Origin: a virus | Lineage: Duplodnaviria; Caudoviricetes | IMG/VR virus record: IMGVR_UViG_3300046832_001354 | Span: 1-30,388 of that record | Direction: 5' to 3' (one strand) | Length of the DNA stretch: 30,388 nucleotides | Shown: piece by piece, positions 23,706 through 30,388 of the stretch | How the letters are laid out: each line of letters opens with the position of its first letter | Position numbering within the stretch: the first letter of the stretch is position 1 | Notes under the pieces: generated by a model | The model's input: the letters and a program-made list of their open reading frames with translations, nothing else | The model's database searches: none | Told to the model about the DNA's origin: nothing | Program-made: the position numbers and the translations under genes

Positions 23706-24157
23706 TTCAGTCCCTCCGAGATCATGGCGTGCTCCAGAAGCAGCACGGCATCCGCAGTCTTTAGCGTGATCACCTGGCGCGGCTGCCGCTGCTGGGCAAT
23801 GCCCTTCAGGTGAGCCTTCCATCTGGCCCCATGGGTCGCTTTGGTGCCGACCCCCAGTGTCTTCTGCCAGCGCTGCGGCGGCACCTCGATCACCCGGGTC
23901 TTCGAGGCTGCGATCAGGCCGTGCAGGAAGCCGACGTTGTAGCCGAAGTTGAACATGGAGCTGCCCGGGGCGCCTTTGCCGCCGACGTACCCACCGACCT
24001 TCTCGATGTACACCACGTCGCTGATGGCCAACCTGTCGCTCACCAGGATGCTGATGTCCTGGTCGGTCTCCGGCATGGAGTTCAGGATGATCCCGGATGG
24101 CCCGAGGTAGGCCAGGCCGCCGCTCATGCCTGGGTCGATGGCTAGGATGCGAGTCAC
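23702..24157 (-). CDS. ruvC: RuvC-like Holliday junction resolvase, 151 aa
   Basis: ILAIDPG-x-SGG, VYIE, SMFNFG, V-x-P-x-x-WQK and ADAVLL catalytic pattern. Confidence 0.8.
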   Translation of the reverse strand: MTRILAIDPGMSGGLAYLGPSGIILNSMPETDQDISILVSDRLAISDVVYIEKVGGYVGGKGAPGSSMFNFGYNVGFLHGLIAASKTRVIEVPPQRWQKTLGVGTKATHGARWKAHLKGIAQQRQPRQVITLKTADAVLLLEHAMISEGLK

Positions 24158-24291
24158 TTCGCAGCCTTTCTCAGCCAGGACAGGATAGCCTTGTCGGCGA
24201 TAGCCTGCAGCTTAGAGCCGGTCTGCAGGCAATAGTCGCGCAGGGCCTTGTGTGTGGTGGGTGTCACGTTGATGGTTTTCGGTTTGGTCAT
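24154..24291 (-). CDS. Ribbon-helix-helix DNA-binding protein A, 45 aa
   Basis: KTINVTPTTHKALRDYC...LQAIADKAILSWL. ATGA start at 24291. Confidence 0.7.
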   Translation of the reverse strand: MTKPKTINVTPTTHKALRDYCLQTGSKLQAIADKAILSWLRKAAK

Positions 24292-24620
24292 TTGAGATGC
24301 TTCTTCACCTTGGCCCAGTACGCCTCGGTCGCAGATTTGCGGTCGCCGGTCGGTCCACCGTTCCAACGCCTGGCCAACTGCTCGGTGGTTGCGTTCTTGC
24401 CGTAGTGCCGCAGGTAGGCCTCGCACACAGCCCGGGCTGCCACGCGGTTGGTCATCTCGGAGTGCTTGTAGTGAGAGCCGGTAATCCGGTTCACGTCGAG
24501 CACCACGCCGCGGTGGATCTGTAGTGGCCCTATGGCGCGTCCGTTGTCGCCGATGGCTTGATCGTTCCCGGAGGACTCCACGATGATTAGGGCCGAGATT
24601 AGGTTGGAGAGAGTGGTCAT
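24288..24620 (-). CDS. Lysozyme-like protein (i-type/destabilase-like or SLT fold), 110 aa
   Basis: Catalytic VES, G-x-LQI, ARRWNGGP-x-G and T-x-x-YW-x-KV motifs. Confidence 0.75.
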   Translation of the reverse strand: MTTLSNLISALIIVESSGNDQAIGDNGRAIGPLQIHRGVVLDVNRITGSHYKHSEMTNRVAARAVCEAYLRHYGKNATTEQLARRWNGGPTGDRKSATEAYWAKVKKHLK

Positions 24621-24635
24621 GGTTTGGAGAGTGTT

Positions 24636-24663
24636 GCGCGTTGGCCAGTCGCGCCCCTGGTTG
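24636..24663 (-). promoter_or_regulatory. Putative H-type pseudoknot in a 5' leader (copy 1)
   Basis: mRNA CAA-CCAG-GG-GCGCG-A-CUGG-CCAA-CGCGC, ending 15 nt before the lysozyme ATG. Confidence 0.55.
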
Positions 24664-24691
24664 GATGGTATTCGCCCCACCCGGGCGTAAA

Positions 24692-25033
24692 TCATGCAGG
24701 TTGGATCACGCTGTAGTTGTAGTCGCCAGAATCGTATGCCGAGAGCTTGCTGTAGAGCTTCTGGATCTTCTCTTCGGCAGCCTCACGGCTCGGGAAGGCG
24801 CAAACGAAGGTGTTGTAGCATCCGACTAAAGCGTCAGTCGAACGGCAGAAGTAAGGGATCTCAAGAACCACCACGAACAAGCCCAGCGCCTTGGCCTTGT
24901 TGATTGCAACGCTCTCCTTGGCGCCCAACTCAAAGGCAACCTGCTGTGCCTCGGTGAAGCAGTTTTGGAACTCGCTGGCAGCGCCAGCCTCGAACTCCCA
25001 GTGCTCTTGTTCCTGCAGTGTGGTGGATCTCAT
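24692..25033 (-). CDS. Hypothetical protein, probable first early gene, 113 aa
   Basis: ATG after an A/C-rich leader, downstream of the AT-rich intergenic region. Confidence 0.6.
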   Translation of the reverse strand: MRSTTLQEQEHWEFEAGAASEFQNCFTEAQQVAFELGAKESVAINKAKALGLFVVVLEIPYFCRSTDALVGCYNTFVCAFPSREAAEEKIQKLYSKLSAYDSGDYNYSVIQPA

Positions 25034-25165
25034 GGTGTTTTGCTTTCGACTTGATTGGACCGACGGCCGTCAAGTTGCCACAAAAACACTTAACCCGTCT
25101 ACAGAGAAAACTGTTTTTCTGTAGATTTTGAAGAAAGCCCAATGTTTATGCGGGTCAAATAGGGG
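25034..25165 (-). promoter_or_regulatory. AT-rich late/early boundary with inverted repeats; candidate early promoter/operator
   Basis: TCTACAGA-G-AAAA-CTG-TTTT-TCTGTAGA at 25098-25125 and an ACTTGA/TCAAGT hairpin nearer the ATG. No canonical -35/-10 pair identified with confidence. Confidence 0.4.
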
Positions 25166-25339
25166 TCACTCGGGCGTGAACTTGGCGTCGAACTCGGCCT
25201 TCGAGCGCACGTATACCGTGCCATTGTCGAGCCGGCGGTAGACCACCACGGGCCACCGCAGCTCGCCCAGTCGCAACTGGGCATCCTGTGCCAGGATCTC
25301 GACCACCACCGACGGGTTGGTCCGGTTGCGATAGGTCAC
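25166..25339 (-). CDS. DUF1653-like small protein, 57 aa (MTYRNRTNPSVVVEILAQDAQLRLGELRWPVVVYRRLDNGTVYVRSKAEFDAKFTPE); not in ORF track
   Basis: GTGA coupling. VVY...YVR-x-x-x-F-x-x-x-F pattern. Confidence 0.6.
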   Translation of the reverse strand: MTYRNRTNPSVVVEILAQDAQLRLGELRWPVVVYRRLDNGTVYVRSKAEFDAKFTPE

Positions 25340-25596
25340 GGCCAGGCGGTGTAGACCACGGTGCCCTGGCCATTGGCGTCGACCAGCTCGGCGGCATTCA
25401 CGCCCTTCAGCTTGGCCAGTGCGGCCAGTAGCTGCGTGTCGTTGGTCGCGTTTGCGATGCAGGTCGACACGATGTCCGCGTCGTCGTAGGAGGCCGACAG
25501 GTTCTCCTTGGTACGGTCGCGCCAGACGCGCACCACGCGCCCGTTGGAGAGGTTCACGCGCCGCATTGACTCGACGCAGGGGAAGGTGTGTTTCAT
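25336..25596 (-). CDS. Hypothetical protein, 86 aa
   Basis: ATG 12 nt after the fibre stop. High GC3 codon usage like the late genes. Confidence 0.7.
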   Translation of the reverse strand: MKHTFPCVESMRRVNLSNGRVVRVWRDRTKENLSASYDDADIVSTCIANATNDTQLLAALAKLKGVNAAELVDANGQGTVVYTAWP

Positions 25597-25608
25597 GGGG
25601 CCTTCAGG

Positions 25609-28218
25609 TTAGGTGAGCGCGACCGATTTCCAAGATGTTCCGTTGTGAATGTACAACACGTCGGTGTTGGTGGCGCTGTTGGTGTGGAAGTACATCGGCA
25701 CGTTGGTAGGGCTGCTCGACACATTGGTCGGACTGCCCGTCGGAGCCCCGGAGCCAGCCGGGATGTAAACGAACCCGTCGATCATCGAGCTGCCGCCAAT
25801 CGGCCCGATGAAGTCGCCGCCCACCTGATTGTAGCTGGCACCCTTGATCAGCTTGCCGGTGGTTCCATCGAACAAAACGAAGTTGCCATCCGTAGCGCTG
25901 CCGGGCCCCACCACGTCGCCGGTGCCTGTGCCTGTGGCTGCGATGGTGATCGTGCCAGATCCGTTTGTGATCGTGATGTTGGTGCCCGCAATCAGCTTGG
26001 CCCGAGCCAGCGTGCTGCCGAGGCTCTTGCCGATGAGCAGGTCGCCGTCGCTGAAGACGTTGCTCTGGCCGGTACCGCCGTTGATCACACCGAGCGTGCC
26101 GCTGACTGCAGAGCCGCCCAGGGCAATCTGGGGCAAATCAACAGCCTGAATGGCAGACATCACCACGTTGGTGCCGTTGCCGCGGAGGTACTGCCCGTTG
26201 GTCTGCGAGCCGGCCAGCGCATCCATTGCGCTCTGGGCCGTGATGCTGCTGGTGCCGCCCTTGGAGATCGGGAGCACATTGGACGTGCCATTATTGAGAT
26301 CGACCGTCCCCCAGGTAGCCGCGGAGCCAGTGCTGGTCAGCACCTGGTACTGCGTGCCCACCGAGGTGAGGCCTGTGCCGCCATTGGCGATTGCCAGAGT
26401 GCCGGTCATCGTCACCGAGCCCGAGGTGGTGATCGGGCCTCCGGTGAATGACATCCCGGTGGTCCCGCCGCTCACACCCACCGACGACACGCTCGCGCCC
26501 GCAGTCATGCTGTCCAGCTTGGCCGCGTAGGTGCTGGTCATGTAACCGTTCTGCGTGCTGGTCGCCGCGTTCTGGCTGATGACCGGCGTGGTGCTGCCCG
26601 TGGCCACGCTGATGTTCGCACCGCCCGAGGCCGACACGTTGGTCACCGTGCCGGCATTGGCCGTGTAGCCCGCCGGGTTGGTGTCCGGGTAAGCCCCGAG
26701 GTTGGTGAGTGCACCCGCAGCCGTGGTCGCCCCGGTGCCGCCCTTGTTGACGGGCAGCGTGCTGGTGATCGTGCCTGCAGAGCCCAGCACGTCGATATTC
26801 CACGTGCCGGTTGCCCCGGTGCCGGTGGGCGACGGGATGTCGGTGCCGATGGCAAGGCCCAGGTTGGTCCGGGCACCGCTCGCTGTGATGGCTCCGGTGC
26901 CACCGTTGTCCAGATCCAGCGTGCCCCCCAGGGTCAGCGTGCCGCTCGAGGTAATCGGGCCGCCCGAGAAGCTCATACCAGTGGTGCCGCCGTCGGCATT
27001 GACGCTCGTCACACTGCCGGAGGCCACCGCGGCATTCAGCGTGGAACCGGCCATGGACAGGTTGGTGCCGAGCGTGATCTCGCCCAGGGCAGTGCCCGAG
27101 GCATTCGAGCCGATCAGCTTGGCCACCGCGGAGGCCGCCTGCATCTTGGCGTAGGTCACCGCGTTGTTGGCAATGGTGGCCGCGAAGGACCCTGTGCCAG
27201 TGCCTGTCACATCCCCGGTCAGCGTGATGGTCTGGTCGCCGGTGTTGCTGCCCGAGAGGTTGGACCCTGTGACAGCGCCTGACGCAGCCACCGAGGTCGG
27301 TGTGATGGCGCCCAGGGCCACGCTGATGGCCGGTGTGGTCGTCGGGTTGGTAACGGTCCCGCTGACCCCATTGGCCGTGGTGACCGAGACCGATGTGACC
27401 GTTCCTCCGTTGGACGTGTAGTTGGCCGGGTTGGACGCAGGATAGGCGCCCAGGCTTGTCAGGGCATCGGGGGCGGTGGTCGCCCCGGTTCCGCCCGAGG
27501 CAACGGCCAGGACACCGCCCAGCGTGATGGTGCCGCTGCTGGTGATGGGTCCGCCCGAGGTGGTCAGGCCTGTCGTGCCGCCCGAGACGTTGACGCTGGT
27601 CACACCGCCGCCCGTAGGTCCCGGAGGACCGGCAGGCCCGGTGGGGCCGGCAGGACCCTGGGGTCCCTGCAGACCGCCGGCACCGAGTGGTTTGGTGGCT
27701 CCGGTATCGAGCCGGGTGATCTCCAGCGTGGTGTAGATCTCGGGCTGCCCGATATTGGAGGCAATGCCAAGGCCGTCTGCATGGCCGCCGCGCTCGCAGT
27801 AGTACTCGAGCCGGTAGACGTTGTCCTTGTGCGGCGTGATGCGCAGGTTCAGGGACACTTCCATGTCCACGCCGTTGTTGATGTAGAGCGATGGGCCGTA
27901 CCCGATGACCACCGAGTTGGTCACATCGTAGATCCGCAGCCGGGTCCCACGGGTGTGATGGAACGGTGCCAGCACCTTCACCTGGTAATCGCCGGCAGCC
28001 ACCTTCCACTCATTGGACGCAAGGTCGATGATCAGGCCATTCGGATCGCTGCTGATGGTGTTGAGCGTCCGGGCTGTCCACACAGCAGTCACCGCGGTTC
28101 CGCCTGCGACGTTGTTGTCCTTCACGTCCTGCAGCACCGCGATCTTCAGGGTCAGGCTGTCGACGTCCTTCCTCAGCTTGTTGATGAGGATCGTGCTGGT
28201 CTGGCTATCGTAGCTCAT
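25609..28218 (-). CDS. Long tail fibre with a collagen segment and GTVTSV/GGTG repeats, 869 aa
   Basis: (Gly-X-Y)7-8 stretch. Repeated VTSV...GGPITSSGT and L-x-x-x-x-GGTGA units. Gly/Thr/Ser-rich. Confidence 0.8.
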   Translation of the reverse strand: MSYDSQTSTILINKLRKDVDSLTLKIAVLQDVKDNNVAGGTAVTAVWTARTLNTISSDPNGLIIDLASNEWKVAAGDYQVKVLAPFHHTRGTRLRIYDVTNSVVIGYGPSLYINNGVDMEVSLNLRITPHKDNVYRLEYYCERGGHADGLGIASNIGQPEIYTTLEITRLDTGATKPLGAGGLQGPQGPAGPTGPAGPPGPTGGGVTSVNVSGGTTGLTTSGGPITSSGTITLGGVLAVASGGTGATTAPDALTSLGAYPASNPANYTSNGGTVTSVSVTTANGVSGTVTNPTTTPAISVALGAITPTSVAASGAVTGSNLSGSNTGDQTITLTGDVTGTGTGSFAATIANNAVTYAKMQAASAVAKLIGSNASGTALGEITLGTNLSMAGSTLNAAVASGSVTSVNADGGTTGMSFSGGPITSSGTLTLGGTLDLDNGGTGAITASGARTNLGLAIGTDIPSPTGTGATGTWNIDVLGSAGTITSTLPVNKGGTGATTAAGALTNLGAYPDTNPAGYTANAGTVTNVSASGGANISVATGSTTPVISQNAATSTQNGYMTSTYAAKLDSMTAGASVSSVGVSGGTTGMSFTGGPITTSGSVTMTGTLAIANGGTGLTSVGTQYQVLTSTGSAATWGTVDLNNGTSNVLPISKGGTSSITAQSAMDALAGSQTNGQYLRGNGTNVVMSAIQAVDLPQIALGGSAVSGTLGVINGGTGQSNVFSDGDLLIGKSLGSTLARAKLIAGTNITITNGSGTITIAATGTGTGDVVGPGSATDGNFVLFDGTTGKLIKGASYNQVGGDFIGPIGGSSMIDGFVYIPAGSGAPTGSPTNVSSSPTNVPMYFHTNSATNTDVLYIHNGTSWKSVALT

Positions 28219-30388
28219 TGCTTGGCCTTACGTCGGAGGATTCGTTGGGCCTCGTCAAGGCTGCTGGCGATGCCTATTAGGCTGCCTGCGGGGCCGTAGA
28301 GGCGGAAGGAACCCTTGGTCTTGCCCGGGATGGCCCGGTAGCCGCCCTGGAAGCTGTAGGCGCCGGGCATGGCTGAGTCGGGGGATGGCATAAACCGGAA
28401 GTCCTGAGGATTGCCGTACACCGGGTTCTTCACGAACACCGTGTTGCCGACGCTGAAAGACTCGGAGCCACCAGTGACGGGCTGATCGGTGCGCTTGTCG
28501 TAGAAGTAGGAGTGCTTTTTTGGGTCCATTCCAACCGGGGTCCACGTTTCAATATCCGATGGGATCGACCTGTCTTTGATTAGCCTTCCTTCAACCGTGG
28601 CAATCGGATGCTTTGCAGCCCTGCCTTCCTTGATCGCAACCGCACCCAGTTTGGATTCCTCGCTTCCTTCTTTTACGAAGAATCTTACCGGGCCAGAAAG
28701 GCGGACATTGGTGTCGTAGCCAATCCTGTCGCCCACGTTTCCCGGGGTAGCAGGTTCGTGAATCGTTTGAACATATGTGCCCCTGTTCAGGAATGCAGGA
28801 ATGTCGATGCGGACGCCAACAGGAGATCCTTCTGGAAGCGATTCGTGTTCACGCCAGAACGGCTGCTTTGATGAAGAAAGGGCAGCTTTAGCTTTTTCCT
28901 CGGTAGGCGGGTTGGCGAAGTCAAGGTTGCGGCCCACCTCGCGTTGGATGGTGGCGGGCATGAAGCGCTGCTCTTGAGAAGCCGGCCTATAAAACCGCTC
29001 GGAGATTGAGTAGTCCTTGTTCTTGCCGGGTTTGTTTTCGACGAACCCAAAGCGCTTGTAGAACTTTTCGAGTCTCCCCTTTGATGTGGCTCCGAGCTCA
29101 TCACTCGGGTTCACCCTAATCTGCAGCCCTTTGCTGTCAGCAAACTCCGTCAGGTCCTGCATGAACGCAGTGCCAAGGCCTTTGTTCCGATTCGCTTTCT
29201 CGACTTCAATTTCAGAAGGCCTGATGTGTTCGTATGGAGTGCCTCTGCCCCGGATATCCGTCATGTTGCGAACACCAAGAGAGTTCCAATGCTCTCGAAA
29301 ACTATCGACGCTTTCGTAGCGTTTGAGTGCTCCTTGGCCTGCTTCGCCGGCGGGCATATAGCGGATATCCTCCGATGTAGCCTTGAAGCGCTGCGAGAGC
29401 GGGATGACGTTGCCTTGGGAGTCCTTGGTCACCGGGTCGGCCAGCTTGACCTGGCTTGAGTCGGCCACGTAGTAGATGCGTTCGTTTCCGGGCAGTTCGA
29501 CGATGCCGGACTTGGTCGGCTCGCGTTCTGCGCTGAAGTTGTACATCACCTCGCCAAGCGTCTTCGGGGTGGCCTGGAACACCGGAGCATTTTCAGGGAT
29601 GCGCAGGAATACCCGCTTCACCTCGGGCACTGCCTTGGTCGTTGTCATTACCTTGGCCGCCTCAACGAAGCTGCTGGCCAAGTCGGGATTGATCGGCTTG
29701 AGATCCTTGGCGTGACCGCGCAGTTCCTTGATGAACTCCGGCACGTCATCAATGGAGCCCCAGTCGAACTCGGGCAGCATCCCGTCCTCCAGCGAGCTGT
29801 AGCCCTTGGACGAGAAGTACTCCTGAACAGCCACGTCATCGTCGAACCGGCGCATGGCATCGTTGGCAACGCGCAGGCCTGCATCCAGTCGCACAGCCTC
29901 GTCACCCAAGCGCTTGGAGTAGTTCTCTGCGGCCTGCTTGTTGGTGGTGAACGAGAAGGCCTCACGCGAGATGCCCGAGGTCTCGCCACGCATCCGCTTG
30001 TCGAACACGCTGAACCCGCCTGTCGGCGTGCCGTGGTAGACAGGGCCGATGGTGTATCCGGCCGCCTTGGCAGCCTCATCGACCATCCGCTGCGCTGCCT
30101 GAGTGTCGCCCTGCTGCACCGCGGAGAGGTAGTCGGTGTCGGAGGGCATGAAGCGCAGCATAGCCTCCTTGATCGGGCCATGCTCGGTGTCCGACTGGTT
30201 GAGCCGGTCCCACACCTCGTGATGTAGGAGAGTTTGGGCAAAGTCTTTGAACGCAGCAGGAACCTTGATGCCAAGTTGAGTCAGGCGATCCTTCTGCTCC
30301 ATCAGCACCTGCTTGGTGACAGGCACTTCCTTGCCATACACCAGCTTGCCTTGACGGCTATCGAAGGTCGGGATGTCGCCGCGGCCAA
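28215..30388 (-). CDS. Large polyvalent protein (virion-delivered/ejection-type), 5'-truncated, with ART-like, GNAT and unknown modules
   Basis: Frame stays open past 30341 to the window end (...GRGDIPTFDSRQGKLVYGKE). VYHGT...FSFT (ART-PolyVal-like), DPVTKDSQGNVIPLSQRF, RNKGLGT...FYKRFGF (GNAT). Confidence 0.75.
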   Translation of the reverse strand, partial: GRGDIPTFDSRQGKLVYGKEVPVTKQVLMEQKDRLTQLGIKVPAAFKDFAQTLLHHEVWDRLNQSDTEHGPIKEAMLRFMPSDTDYLSAVQQGDTQAAQRMVDEAAKAAGYTIGPVYHGTPTGGFSVFDKRMRGETSGISREAFSFTTNKQAAENYSKRLGDEAVRLDAGLRVANDAMRRFDDDVAVQEYFSSKGYSSLEDGMLPEFDWGSIDDVPEFIKELRGHAKDLKPINPDLASSFVEAAKVMTTTKAVPEVKRVFLRIPENAPVFQATPKTLGEVMYNFSAEREPTKSGIVELPGNERIYYVADSSQVKLADPVTKDSQGNVIPLSQRFKATSEDIRYMPAGEAGQGALKRYESVDSFREHWNSLGVRNMTDIRGRGTPYEHIRPSEIEVEKANRNKGLGTAFMQDLTEFADSKGLQIRVNPSDELGATSKGRLEKFYKRFGFVENKPGKNKDYSISERFYRPASQEQRFMPATIQREVGRNLDFANPPTEEKAKAALSSSKQPFWREHESLPEGSPVGVRIDIPAFLNRGTYVQTIHEPATPGNVGDRIGYDTNVRLSGPVRFFVKEGSEESKLGAVAIKEGRAAKHPIATVEGRLIKDRSIPSDIETWTPVGMDPKKHSYFYDKRTDQPVTGGSESFSVGNTVFVKNPVYGNPQDFRFMPSPDSAMPGAYSFQGGYRAIPGKTKGSFRLYGPAGSLIGIASSLDEAQRILRRKAKQ

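Noticed and set aside
26291-28009. 572-aa same-strand alternative ORF inside the long fibre
   Set aside because: Arg/His/Gly-rich shadow of GC3-biased Thr/Gly/Ala codons with no motifs. This is unlike the methyltransferase case, where the second frame holds a missing conserved motif.
25609-28218. Repeats in the fibre as possible DGR template/variable repeats or an invertible cassette
   Set aside because: The repeats are in-frame protein repeats diverged at synonymous sites. No adenine-specific pair, reverse transcriptase or invertase is seen in the window.
1-30388. Stop-codon reassignment
   Set aside because: Core genes are full length in the standard code, and TAG, TGA and TAA all end genes at sensible, often coupled, positions.

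Overview
The window is part of a tailed dsDNA bacteriophage genome, GC-rich and podovirus-like in gene set. Every credible gene lies on the minus strand and many are coupled by ATGA/GTGA overlaps. Reading from high to low coordinates: (1) the C-terminal part of a large polyvalent virion/ejection-type protein with ADP-ribosyltransferase-like, GNAT and unknown modules, then a long tail fibre; (2) an AT-rich control region followed by early genes: a lysozyme-like protein, two ribbon-helix-helix paralogues flanking a RuvC-like resolvase, a repeat-joined array of mini-genes, an SSB-like protein, a sigma4-HTH/alpha-CTD fusion, a DnaQ-like exonuclease and a dual-frame C5 cytosine methyltransferase; (3) a replication initiator with internal iterons, DnaB, an HTH protein, a glycosyltransferase and a putative small terminase; (4) a non-coding candidate packaging region; (5) large terminase, portal, scaffold, major capsid, a short fibre, a holin/spanin cassette without an endolysin, a head-tail adaptor and a tail nozzle. 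No integrase, tRNA, CRISPR array or reverse transcriptase is visible. The most notable signals are the methyltransferase encoded in two fully overlapping frames, the effector modules delimited by an R[FY]MP junction, a twice-occurring covarying pseudoknot in 5' leaders, the sigma4/alpha-CTD mimic and the mini-gene array. All family calls come from motif recognition by eye; no database search was run.
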